Of a stretch of DNA of 64,000 bases, positions 54,344-63,216 are shown one piece after another. This DNA is from Candidatus Bipolaricaulota bacterium (lineage in GTDB: Bacteria; Patescibacteriota; Patescibacteriia; UBA11705; DATKZF01). Positions within the stretch are counted from its first letter, which is position 1; each line of letters opens with the position of its first letter. The position numbers and the translations under genes were made by a program. The notes below the pieces were generated by a model. The model saw only the letters and a list, made by a program, of their open reading frames with translations. It was not told the DNA's origin and made no database searches. The DNA lies in NCBI GenBank assembly GCA_035528115.1, contig DATKZF010000003.1, forward strand, positions 359,089-423,088. Direction: 5' to 3'.

Positions 54344-56348
54344 TCTCGCTCGAGCTCGTTGAATTATTTATTTTATTTTCTTCTTTTTTGAAAAATTTTT
54401 CTCGCAGTCCTTTTGACCGGGCGGTTGCTTCATACGCGGCGGCTTTTTCCTTTTCGCCGAGAGCCAAATAAGCCAGCGACAGCTTCAGGTAAGGCATGCC
54501 GACTTCTTCGTCAATCGCGATTGCTTGTTCCAAGACTGAAATCGCGGCGTCATTTTCGTTTTGTTTGAAAAGATATTCCGCGTATTGCCAATAAATATCT
54601 TGCCTGGCCGGAAAGTTTTCAATGGCCAGTTCATACTCGACCCTCGCGGCGTCTTGGTCTTTGGTCAGCGAGAGGGTTTTGGCCAGTAAAAGATAGTTTT
54701 GATAATAATACGGATATTCATCGATTAAGGCAGGAAAAATAATTTTGGCTGGCCCGGCGTATTTATTCATGGATTCAAGGTCGCCTCTTTTTTGGGCGCT
54801 TTCAATGGCGTTGACATACAGCGCGCCGTATTGCTGTCTGTAAAACGGGTGAGGAAAAATTTCAGTCGCCAATTGAAAATGCCTGGACATGTCTTTTTGG
54901 GAAAACAAACCGGCGCTGAGTTCTTTGTTGGCCAGGATAGGTTTTAAGATCACAAAGAACACTAAGGCGACAGAGCCCAGACCCAAAACAAAATACAGAT
55001 TGGAGTTTTTTTTAAGTTTTTCCAAAAGACTCGAGGTTATTGGAGCGCCTTGGGCGCTCGGAGAAAATGAGGCGTTAAAAACCATGGCCAGACTCAAGCA
55101 AATCAAAATTACCGGAGAAATCAAGGCAAACATGAAAAAGAATTGGAGCAGGCAGGCGGCCATCAAATAAATGAACGTCAAACCCAGCCAAGATTTTTCG
55201 GTTTGCTCATTTTTCGACAATTTGATTGACTTTGCAAAAGCGAAAATCAAAACGAACATTAAAAGCAGCCAGGTAGGCGCGCCATTCATGACCAAAACAT
55301 CCAAATGCCAGTTGTGCGCCCGATCAATGTGTGTTTCCGATAAATCGGACAGGGCCGGCGGGTAATTTTTGTCAAAAGCGTAGCCCAAGGAGTCTTGACC
55401 CCAGCCGAAAATCGGGCGTTCCAAGAAAGCGTCAAAGGAGCCGCGCCAAAACAAGAGTCTTTGCTGGTTTGATTCATCCGCCGGGTCAAAAACGCTGAAA
55501 ATCCTTTTTAGGCCGGGTTGTTCGAATCTGTCGAAATATTTGATCCCCATGAAAGTGAATATCGAGATGGCCGCTATGCCGGTGAGCAGCAGCGCCGCGA
55601 ATATTTTTTTATGTCGTTTGTAAAAATAAAAAGTGAAAATGGCGAAGTTGGCGAACAAAAAGGCGATCCATGAACTTCTCGATCCGGAAAGATATAAGGA
55701 AACGGCGGAAAGAACCAGCCCGCAGATAATGAGAATTCTTAAAAAGGTGTTTTTAAAATTCACGAAGCAATAATAGAAAAAAGGGAAGAGCAAAATTATG
55801 TACGCGCTGAAATTGAGCGGGTTGCCCATGGAGGAGATTATTCTGGCTTCCACGTCAGCGGTCCAGTGATTGGCGATCAAGCCGTATCTTTGCATAATCC
55901 CGTAGCCGGACAGGCAAATGGCGGAAAAAACGATGATCAGCGCCAGGGTCTTCCTTTTGCCTTTGGTCCAATCATTGAACAGAGCCGCCAAAAAAAATCC
56001 GATAATGAGTATCCATAACAGAAAGCCTTCCGCTCTGAAATATTCTCCCCAAAAACTGACAAAGGGCTGAGCGCTGAAAAGCCATGACAGAAGATTGAGA
56101 ATAAAAAAAACGCCGGTTAAAATCAAAATGAGTTTGTGTCGGCGCCAATCAAATGATTTTTTTTCCAAAACGCGCATCAGCGAAAAAAATATCGCGGCGA
56201 CCGCCAAAACCATGAACAGCGTGTTTTTTGGCAATCGAAAACTGTTGTATAATTTGGTGGAAAAAAACAGCGGCACGATAAAAACGGTCAGGGCGAAGAC
56301 AATATTTATCGCCCAATCGCAAAGAACTATTTTATTTTCGGTTTTCAT
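54309..56348 (-). CDS. O-antigen ligase/Wzy-like membrane protein fused to C-terminal TPR repeats (paralog)
   Basis: Same architecture as 52268..54343. C-terminal AISVLEQAIAIDEEVGMPYLKLSLAYLALGEKEKA. Confidence 0.55.
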   Translation of the reverse strand: MKTENKIVLCDWAINIVFALTVFIVPLFFSTKLYNSFRLPKNTLFMVLAVAAIFFSLMRVLEKKSFDWRRHKLILILTGVFFILNLLSWLFSAQPFVSFWGEYFRAEGFLLWILIIGFFLAALFNDWTKGKRKTLALIIVFSAICLSGYGIMQRYGLIANHWTADVEARIISSMGNPLNFSAYIILLFPFFYYCFVNFKNTFLRILIICGLVLSAVSLYLSGSRSSWIAFLFANFAIFTFYFYKRHKKIFAALLLTGIAAISIFTFMGIKYFDRFEQPGLKRIFSVFDPADESNQQRLLFWRGSFDAFLERPIFGWGQDSLGYAFDKNYPPALSDLSETHIDRAHNWHLDVLVMNGAPTWLLLMFVLIFAFAKSIKLSKNEQTEKSWLGLTFIYLMAACLLQFFFMFALISPVILICLSLAMVFNASFSPSAQGAPITSSLLEKLKKNSNLYFVLGLGSVALVFFVILKPILANKELSAGLFSQKDMSRHFQLATEIFPHPFYRQQYGALYVNAIESAQKRGDLESMNKYAGPAKIIFPALIDEYPYYYQNYLLLAKTLSLTKDQDAARVEYELAIENFPARQDIYWQYAEYLFKQNENDAAISVLEQAIAIDEEVGMPYLKLSLAYLALGEKEKAAAYEATARSKGLREKFFKKEENKINNSTSSSESASPDMQYEQN

Positions 56349-56357
56349 AGGCTCCGA

Positions 56358-57722
56358 TTACCTTCCTTTTGAAAACAAAACGTCATTTAAGGTTTTGATT
56401 ATAATTTTTATGTCGAAAATGAAAGATTTGTGTTTTAGGTAATACAAATCGTAGCGCAGTTTATACTGGTGTTCTTCGAGAGTGGCGCAATAAGGGTAAT
56501 TTATTTGAGCCCAGCCGGTCACGCCCGGTTTTATCAAATGTCGTTGATTGTAAAACGGGATTTGCAATGAGAGTTCCTCGACTATTTGAGGTTGCTCCGG
56601 TCTCGGGCCCACGATGCTGATATCTCCTTTCAAAATATTGATGAATTGGGGGAATTCGTCCAAATGAGTCTTTCTCAAAATTTTTCCGATCGAAGTTATT
56701 CGTTTGTCGTTCGCGCTGGCCAAAAGCTGAGTTTGTTCGTTTGTGTGTTCCATTGTGCGAAATTTGTAAATGTAAAACACTTTATTATTTTGCCCCATTC
56801 GTTGTTGTTTGTAAATGACAGGACCTTTTGAATCCAGCTTGATCGACGCGCCGATGATTAAATAAAGAGGAGTCAAAATAGCCGCGCCGACAATGCCCAC
56901 GGAAAGATCAATCGCTCTTTTGCCGGCCAAATATATTTTTTGACTGGGTTTGAGATTATAAATGAACCATTTTTTATCCAATGTCTCCAATGAAATGGTC
57001 CGATGAAATTTTTCGACAAAGTCGTTCAGTTCATAAAACTCACTGTTTATTTTGGATATATGGGAAAACAGTTGATTGATAATATCGTGCGTTTGCGGGA
57101 ATTCCGCGTCAATGATTATTTTGTCGATGTGATGGGTGTTTATCGCTTCGATCAGATTTTCAACGGGCGGTTCAATGACTTTGGCGAAATCGCAGTCTTG
57201 ATCCATTAAAAATGTGTCGGAATAAATGAAAATCTTTTTTTTCTGCGCGCTCGGCGCGCAAAGATCCTTGAATAATTGGCGAGCTCGTGAACTGCCGCCG
57301 ATAATCAGATAAGTCTCCCCTGTTTTGGAAAGCAAATGAAAAATTACCCAGCGGAAAAGCAACCATAAAATTAAGAATGAGACGGCGAATATCAATAAGA
57401 TGGTTTTCGGAGTTACTTGCGCTTTTATCGGAACCCAATAAAAGAATAAAGTGCTGAAAACGGTCAGAACAACTATGGCCGCCACTTGTTTTTTGAAATA
57501 ATCAAGACGGCCCTGGAATTTATTCAAATGATATAAATCAAAGGTGTAAAATACGGCCAGCCAGATGATTAACAAAAATCCGAATTTGATCAGATTTTCC
57601 ATGAAATATTCATATTCGAAAACAACGCCTTGGCGCACCCAAATGCTGATCAAAAAGGCAATAAAAAACAGGGCGATATCTCCGCCAATTAGAAAGATTT
57701 TTGATTTAAGCAGCGTTTTCAT
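56358..57722 (-). CDS. undecaprenyl-phosphate sugar phosphotransferase (WbaP/EpsL-like bacterial sugar transferase)
   Basis: C-terminal ...KGDISIVGPRPEQPQIVEEL...IKPGVTGWAQIN. Confidence 0.8.
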   Translation of the reverse strand: MKTLLKSKIFLIGGDIALFFIAFLISIWVRQGVVFEYEYFMENLIKFGFLLIIWLAVFYTFDLYHLNKFQGRLDYFKKQVAAIVVLTVFSTLFFYWVPIKAQVTPKTILLIFAVSFLILWLLFRWVIFHLLSKTGETYLIIGGSSRARQLFKDLCAPSAQKKKIFIYSDTFLMDQDCDFAKVIEPPVENLIEAINTHHIDKIIIDAEFPQTHDIINQLFSHISKINSEFYELNDFVEKFHRTISLETLDKKWFIYNLKPSQKIYLAGKRAIDLSVGIVGAAILTPLYLIIGASIKLDSKGPVIYKQQRMGQNNKVFYIYKFRTMEHTNEQTQLLASANDKRITSIGKILRKTHLDEFPQFINILKGDISIVGPRPEQPQIVEELSLQIPFYNQRHLIKPGVTGWAQINYPYCATLEEHQYKLRYDLYYLKHKSFIFDIKIIIKTLNDVLFSKGR

Positions 57723-57809
57723 AAATTATGCTTAAAGTATAACAGAATAGCGGATAATTTCAATTATTTCAAGTCGTTTAAACTGAAAATAACGCGTTGA
57801 ATGCGTTAT

Positions 57810-57911
57810 TTTCTAAGCCTTCTGGTGTGCTTGGCCAGATGCTTGCCGAGCTTGGTTTTCTTTTTGGCATGAGTTGTTCTGGCCTTGGCCGCACTGTTTT
57901 GTCCCATATTT
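57810..57911 (-). CDS. candidate 33-aa basic peptide (MGQNSAAKARTTHAKKKTKLGKHLAKHTRRLRK), possible ribosomal-protein-like small ORF
   Basis: Not in the ORF track. Followed on the minus strand by hairpin AACGCgttgaaTGCGTT plus a T-tract at about 57789-57812. Confidence 0.3.
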
Positions 57912-58015
57912 GATTGTTATTTCTTGATTTGTATATCATACCCTTATTTTTTTGATTTGACAAGCAAAAACAAAAGTCCGGCCGAATCGGCCGGAACTTA
58001 TTGTAAAAACTTTTA

Positions 58016-58216
58016 TTAAGCTTTTGAAACGTTGACCGCTCGAGGACCTTTTTCTGAATCCTCTACTTCAAAGGTCACGGCGTCGCCTTCTCGAAGATCA
58101 TTGAATCCGACTCCAACGAGAGCGGATGAATGAAAGAAAACGTCCTTGTCGGGACTTTCATCGGAAGCGATGAAACCGAATCCTTTGTCAGTCAATCTTT
58201 TGATTGTTCCTGTCAT
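58016..58216 (-). CDS. cspA: cold-shock protein, CspA family
   Basis: GTIKRLTDKGFGFIASDESPDKDVFFHSSAL carries the RNP-1/RNP-2 motifs. Confidence 0.9.
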   Translation of the reverse strand: MTGTIKRLTDKGFGFIASDESPDKDVFFHSSALVGVGFNDLREGDAVTFEVEDSEKGPRAVNVSKA

Positions 58217-58404
58217 AGTAAATTTAAAAGTGAATAAATCTGCAAAAGCCGCCTTTCGCAGAAATTCGACGGGTTTCTACTTGGTAAGGGGAAACTTTTT
58301 GCTCTTACATGATATCACATAATCAAAAAAAAAGCAATAGCTTGATCATTTAAAACAAAAAACGCCATATTAATGGTGCTTTTTGGCTGTTTTTGTGATT
58401 TCTC

Positions 58405-58479
58405 TGGGGTGGCTACTGGGAGTTGAACCCAGGCTAGCGGGACCACAACCCGCTGTTCTACCGTTAAACTATAGCCACC
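58405..58479 (-). tRNA. tRNA-His (anticodon GTG) with extra 5' G(-1), CCA encoded
   Basis: Reverse complement GGTGGCTATAGTTTAACGGTAGAACAGCGGGTTGTGGTCCCGCTAGCCTGGGTTCAACTCCCAGTAGCCACCCCA. Confidence 0.8.
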
Positions 58480-58480
58480 A

Positions 58481-58556
58481 TGGCGTCCGCGGCTGGGCTC
58501 GAACCAGCAACCTACAGCTTAGAAGGCTGTTGCTCTATCCATTGAGCTACGCGGAC
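58481..58556 (-). tRNA. tRNA-Arg (anticodon TCT), CCA encoded
   Basis: Reverse complement GTCCGCGTAGCTCAATGGATAGAGCAACAGCCTTCTAAGCTGTAGGTTGCTGGTTCGAGCCCAGCCGCGGACGCCA. Confidence 0.8.
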
Positions 58557-58619
58557 ATAAATCTGTCGCTATTATAGCAAATTCACGCCCGGGGGTCAAT
58601 ATTTAAAAAGCGGATTTTG

Positions 58620-58976
58620 TTAAAATCCACTTTTACGATGATATTGTCCTTTTCTTGTCTTGTTTTCCTTGTCCATGGTCGGCAAACTGTACACGGAAAC
58701 GCCGATAAAGGGCTTCATGGAATTAGTTGTTCTGTCGTCGAGTCGTTTCGCTCTGGAAACATTGACTAATAGCTTGCAAATAGCTCTGCTATGGCGCAGT
58801 TTCTTGGCGGTAAGAACAAAGAAATTCTCATCACTTGATGATATTGACCAATCCAATGATTCTGGGTCTTTGAGATATCTTTTGATGTGGGATTGCAGTC
58901 GGGTAATGTCCACATCCCCGTTGCCGTTTCCTCCGTACATCTTTTGTAGGCTCTCGATCACGTCGGAGAGTTTCAT
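58620..58976 (-). CDS. hypothetical protein
   Basis: 118-aa ORF, no family recognised. The C-terminal part may be read-through. Confidence 0.3.
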   Translation of the reverse strand: MKLSDVIESLQKMYGGNGNGDVDITRLQSHIKRYLKDPESLDWSISSSDENFFVLTAKKLRHSRAICKLLVNVSRAKRLDDRTTNSMKPFIGVSVYSLPTMDKENKTRKGQYHRKSGF

Positions 58977-59182
58977 GAAGCGCGCCTCCTTTGTTTTACT
59001 TTATATAATATGTGTTCAGTTGTATTTTGCAAGTATTTGAAAAATTTTTCGATTATTGATATAATGAATAAAGAGATAGTTTTTGTTGTTATATCTTTTG
59101 CGACCCACGTATTTATTTATTTTTAGCAAAAAATTGAAATAAGCGCGAGCATAACTTGGTGTTTTTGTTAAAAAATGGTATA

Positions 59183-59206
59183 AAATGTTTCACGTGAAAC
59201 ATTTTC
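59183..59206. promoter_or_regulatory. 24-bp perfect palindrome AAAATGTTTCACGTGAAACATTTT (copy 1 of 3)
   Basis: Further copies at 59797-59826 (CAGGTG variant) and 59913-59935. CACGTG core. Confidence 0.6.
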
Positions 59207-59253
59207 GAATTTGATACGTGATTCATGTTCCGTGTTCCATGATTCATGAAAAC

Positions 59254-59330
59254 GCACCCGTAGCTCAGTTGGATAGAGCGAGACACTCCTAACGTCTAGG
59301 TCGCAGGTTCAATCCCTGCCGGGTGCACCA
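59254..59330 (+). tRNA. tRNA-Arg (anticodon CCT), CCA encoded
   Basis: GCACCCGTAGCTCAGTTGGATAGAGCGAGACACTCCTAACGTCTAGGTCGCAGGTTCAATCCCTGCCGGGTGCACCA. Followed by hairpin CATCCTTCGcgctatCGAAGGATG. Confidence 0.8.
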
Positions 59331-59440
59331 TCCTTCGCCAAGGCTTCGGCTGGCAGGCCATCCTTCGCGCTATCGAAGGATGCCCTTTGAAGCTTTAGCG
59401 AAGAAGGGCTTAAATTCAAAAAGTTAGTCGCTATATTTAC

Positions 59441-59576
59441 GCACGCGCTTCGCCTGCCGTCTTCGACTCCCGTTCGGCCATGAGCTCACGGCCAAGTGGC
59501 GAGGTCACTCCCTTCGTTCGAGGGCCTGAGTGGCCCCTCAGGGCCGTCGAAGGCAGACTCGAGGAGCAGGCAGGGA
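59441..59576. repeat. tRNA-adjacent GC-rich repeat T3
   Basis: GTCTTCGACTCC...GGCCATGAGCTCACGGCC...CAGACTCGAGGAGCAGGC aligns with T1 and T2. Confidence 0.65.
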
Positions 59577-59796
59577 TGGCACCGCCATATTCGCGATAGT
59601 AGAGGATGTCCTTTGAGGCTATGCCGAAGAAGATTGTTATTAAATAAATGTGGTCAGCGTGTTCATTTGGGAATAATTCGCAACAAGAGTCCTTATTGTC
59701 TACAATGGTGTGAACTTTTGTCGTAAAAATGATTGAATTTGAGCAATGCAGAATCCCCTGTCTTGGTTGTGAGTATGTAATTACAAATCGAGAATT

Positions 59797-59826
59797 TAAA
59801 AAATGTTTCAGGTGAAACATTTTTTT
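59797..59826. promoter_or_regulatory. palindrome copy 2 AAAAAATGTTTCAGGTGAAACATTTTTTTT
   Basis: One central mismatch relative to copy 1. Confidence 0.55.
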
Positions 59827-59912
59827 TGATGGATGGGAATGTTTGTTTCCAAATTCTTTTTAATCTTGAACTGCTATTTTTTTAAATTCGTTTTATTTAT
59901 TGTTTCACTTCG

Positions 59913-59935
59913 AAAAATGTTTCACGTGAAACATT
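59913..59935. promoter_or_regulatory. palindrome copy 3 AAAAATGTTTCACGTGAAACATT
   Basis: Perfect CACGTG-core palindrome. An extra half-site TGTTTCAC lies at 59901-59908. Confidence 0.6.
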
Positions 59936-59994
59936 GTCTTATCTTTTGCGACGCTTGCGAGTTGTTTTTATCTAAAATTAAACAAAACTTGATG

Positions 59995-60216
59995 CTAAAT
60001 ATTTATTGAAATTAGCTTATTTGAAGTGGTTTTGCCTGATTTTATGAAGATTTGATTTTTTGATACGTCAAAATGTTTTGCCAAAAGCGCGACAAGCCTT
60101 TCGTTTGCCTTACCCTTTTCAGGGATTATCGTTAATTTAGCCTTGAATTCAGTGTCAGATAGGGGAATAAGCTCTTCTTCTTTTGCTCTGGTTATCACTT
60201 TTACTTTTATGATCAT
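59995..60216 (-). CDS. DUF167/YggU family protein
   Basis: 73 aa. The segment IIPEKGKANERLVALLAKHFDVSKNQIFIKSGKTTSNK matches UPF0235 pattern. Confidence 0.55.
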   Translation of the reverse strand: MIIKVKVITRAKEEELIPLSDTEFKAKLTIIPEKGKANERLVALLAKHFDVSKNQIFIKSGKTTSNKLISINI

Positions 60217-60821
60217 AATATTTTGGAGGTATCGCCTTTGCCTTGCCTTATTATTTGAGGAACTTCTTCGGTCAAATCAATAACCGTTGATGGTTCATCG
60301 GCTATAATGCCGGCGTCCAAAATCAGATCTATTTCATCGCCGAATTTTTTTTCAATCTCAACGGGATTGGTGAAATATGGCTCACCTGAAATATTGATAC
60401 TGGTTGAAATCAATGGATTGCCCAGCATTTTTGCGATATTTAGCGAAATTTCACTGTTTGGTATTCTAATGCCAATGGTTTTTCTCTTGGGCATTATGCG
60501 AGCCGGCACCAATTTTGTCGCTTTCAAAATAAAAGTATAGGGTCCGGGAGTCAGCATTTTTATTATTTTGAATGCCGCGTCGCTTAAAATGGCGTATTTT
60601 GAAATGTCCTTTAGATCGGAAACAATAAAACTAAGTCCGGTATTCGGATCTTTTTGTTTGATTTTATATATTTTTTTAATGGCTTCTTTGTTAAAAGCGT
60701 CAGCGCCAAGGCCGTAAATGGTGTCGGTCGGATAGACGATTACCCCGCCTTTTTTTAAAGTTTCCGCGGCGTGTTTTATTTTTCGATATTCCGGAGCTTC
60801 TTTGTTGATTTCCATTAGCAT
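60213..60821 (-). CDS. tsaC: L-threonylcarbamoyladenylate synthase TsaC/YrdC
   Basis: GGVIVYPTDTIYGLGADAFN YrdC signature. ORF 60213..60926 trimmed to MLMEINK (ATG at 60819-60821), because the upstream codons are CATAACA-repeat sequence. Confidence 0.8.
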   Translation of the reverse strand: MLMEINKEAPEYRKIKHAAETLKKGGVIVYPTDTIYGLGADAFNKEAIKKIYKIKQKDPNTGLSFIVSDLKDISKYAILSDAAFKIIKMLTPGPYTFILKATKLVPARIMPKRKTIGIRIPNSEISLNIAKMLGNPLISTSINISGEPYFTNPVEIEKKFGDEIDLILDAGIIADEPSTVIDLTEEVPQIIRQGKGDTSKIL

Positions 60822-60994
60822 ATTTTTTTTGTTAATTCCCCATATGTATCTTATAATGGTAATAAGAAGCGGGCAATAGGGATTGTCATGGATCATGGAA
60901 CATAGAACACATAACACATAACACATAACATACGCGCGATAGAGGATAGGTATAGGCTTGGAAGCTGGAAATTTAAATAAGCCGATATGGCTTT

Positions 60995-61420
60995 ATGAAA
61001 AAATTTTGTTCAATCTTTTTTTTGATTTTGACTCTGGCGGGATGTTCTAAAAATGCCCAGGTCTCAAATGTTTGTTTTGACCAAACTTGTTTTAATGTCG
61101 AAGTGGCTGACAGCGGGGAAGCGCAAGAGAGGGGACTGATGTTTCGTGAAAAGCTGGAATCGAATCAAGGCATGTTTTTTGTTTTCGATGAAGAAGATAT
61201 ATATTCGCTTTGGATGAAAAACACCTTAATTCCGCTTGATATGATTTGGCTCGATGAGAATTTGAAAATCGTTTCCATTTTCTCCAACGCCCAGCCATGT
61301 CAAACACCAACATGCGAATCGATAAAACCCTTGAAAAAAGCTAAATATATTTTGGAAATAAACGGCGGTGCGGCGGTTGAAAAAGGAATTGATTTGCATC
61401 AAGTCGCGACATTCAAATAA
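60995..61420 (+). CDS. DUF192 domain protein (secreted)
   Basis: Signal peptide with LAGCS. The segment GLMFREKLESNQGMFFVFDEE...IPLDMIWLD matches the DUF192 core. Confidence 0.6.
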   Translation: MKKFCSIFFLILTLAGCSKNAQVSNVCFDQTCFNVEVADSGEAQERGLMFREKLESNQGMFFVFDEEDIYSLWMKNTLIPLDMIWLDENLKIVSIFSNAQPCQTPTCESIKPLKKAKYILEINGGAAVEKGIDLHQVATFK

Positions 61421-61530
61421 AACAGGCGCTTTGGTAAGAGGCTTTGTTTGGGGAAATTGATTGATAATCTTGTTTGATTATGAGCCCCCGTCATGTTATA
61501 ATAAAAAAGTGAAATTACTAAAAACAAGAT

Positions 61531-62367
61531 ATGGCAATTTTAGAAAGACTCAAAAACATGGGTGCCCGAGTGGTTGGGTTGGACGAGGGATCAAAATTCA
61601 ATAAGGAAACGGAGAGGTTGAAGAACGAAAAAGGAGTAACAGAGGAAGAGGCACAAAAAGAGATTTTTCATGAAACGCTGGAGCAGCTTAAGCAGGAGAT
61701 GATGTTGACTGGGACAATAGACAGAAACTCTGCTGTTTTTCGTAAATTTGTAGAATCGGCAGGTGAAATTTTCGGGCCCGAAATGATGAATCAGTTTGAG
61801 ATGGAAGCTAATAATCCTGAGAATTTTAATGATTTTCCCAAAAGTCCATCGGGGAAGGATTTAAATGGCGCGAGATCTGGATATAGCCGACGATTTAAGG
61901 GCGAGGTGCCGGATAGCAACGTATTGCGTGATGTCGCGGCGAAAAATATGGAGATTAACGCGGCCATAGACGCATTTGTTGCAGGGACCGGTGGCCCTGA
62001 GTCGCTCCAAAAATTAGTTGAAGATAATCCGGAGCTGGGTGCGTATCTGGGTAAAATTATTAAAAATAAAGAAAGATTAAATAAGCACGAAAAAAAATTT
62101 GGCCGAGACATTGCGTTTGAAAATGAAATGAAAGGCTTTAAGGAGACGGCAAAAAAAGAGCTTACCGATTTGCTGTGGAAAAATCCGGTAAAGTGGGCAA
62201 AATCTGTCTTGCATGCGGGTCTTAATCCGAGTTTTAAAAATTTTTTTAAGTTATGCAGTGACTCAGCTGAGTTCATGGGGAAATCCGTTTGGTCAGGCGC
62301 TAAATTTATTTTTAAGGGAATAAAAACTGGAGTTGCCGGCGTCAGAAAATTAACGGCAAAATTATGA
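61531..62367 (+). CDS. hypothetical protein
   Basis: 278 aa, charged/helical. Putative promoter TTGATT, 17 nt, TATAAT at about 61470-61500. 4-nt overlap (ATGA) with the next gene. Confidence 0.45.
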   Translation: MAILERLKNMGARVVGLDEGSKFNKETERLKNEKGVTEEEAQKEIFHETLEQLKQEMMLTGTIDRNSAVFRKFVESAGEIFGPEMMNQFEMEANNPENFNDFPKSPSGKDLNGARSGYSRRFKGEVPDSNVLRDVAAKNMEINAAIDAFVAGTGGPESLQKLVEDNPELGAYLGKIIKNKERLNKHEKKFGRDIAFENEMKGFKETAKKELTDLLWKNPVKWAKSVLHAGLNPSFKNFFKLCSDSAEFMGKSVWSGAKFIFKGIKTGVAGVRKLTAKL

Positions 62368-62765
62368 ATGACAATGAGAATTTGCAACAACTGATTCAAT
62401 CCTCGTTTATTGCCAATGATAAAAAGCAAACGTTGTTCGATTATTTAAATACCCAAGGAGCAACCGAGGAATTTTTTAAATTATTTGATCAATATTTGGT
62501 TGAGGAAACAGAAAAAATAAAAAATAGGTATATGGAAATCATAAAAGGATTCGACTCGAAGGCTGCGACTTTGGACCAGGAGACTAATGCAAAGAAAGAA
62601 CAGTTATCAAAAGATTTGGAAGTGAGATTGTCAAACGCCGAATTAAACGCGGGAGAAGAGGATGCGACTTGGGACGAATATTATAGGGCATTAGATAAAT
62701 TGCGGGAGGATTACCAGGCTGAAATTAAAAAGATAACGTCAGAAGCGGTACTTTCAACACTTTAA
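62364..62765 (+). CDS. hypothetical protein (operon partner of 61531..62367)
   Basis: 133 aa, helical. Confidence 0.4.
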   Translation: MNDNENLQQLIQSSFIANDKKQTLFDYLNTQGATEEFFKLFDQYLVEETEKIKNRYMEIIKGFDSKAATLDQETNAKKEQLSKDLEVRLSNAELNAGEEDATWDEYYRALDKLREDYQAEIKKITSEAVLSTL

Positions 62766-62815
62766 TCAAAAAAACTGACTCAGACGAGCAGTTTTTTTAT
62801 TATAAATTTTTTAAA

Positions 62816-63163
62816 TTACAGACTTGATTTTGGAAAAGGCTCCATTTCAAGAATTTTTTTTGCCTCAGTTTCTTCAAGCACATTTTTATTTTTCAAGACC
62901 TTAATCAGTTCTATCAATTTCGTGTCTTCTTTTCTCATCAGTATTGTAAGATCGCCACGCAAATCAGCAAGTTTATCGTCGAGGTAGTCTTTCGTGACCA
63001 TTTGCGATCTAATGCCGCCGATCTCTGATTTCATGCTGCCGATCTCGGATTTCATACTGCCGATTTCGGATCGTATTTCTTCAAATTGCGGATTGACATT
63101 ATCTTCTATTACTTTGCCCATTTCCACGGCTATTTTTTGTAGGTCTTCATTGGTTAACGTCAT
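62816..63163 (-). CDS. coiled-coil protein with short tandem repeats (SEIGSMK x3), AT-rich relative of 28214..28753
   Basis: Layout parallels the GC-rich coiled-coil gene: N-terminal region, tandem repeats, then KDYLDDKLADLRGDL. Confidence 0.45.
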   Translation of the reverse strand: MTLTNEDLQKIAVEMGKVIEDNVNPQFEEIRSEIGSMKSEIGSMKSEIGGIRSQMVTKDYLDDKLADLRGDLTILMRKEDTKLIELIKVLKNKNVLEETEAKKILEMEPFPKSSL

Positions 63164-63216
63164 ATTGTTTGTTTTTTATAGTAGTATTTTAGAACGATGG
63201 CTTTTTATTGTCAAAC

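Noticed and set aside
59437-59820. 127-aa minus-strand ORF
   Set aside because: It spans the T3 GC-rich repeat and a CACGTG palindrome. No ribosome-binding site and a low-complexity product.
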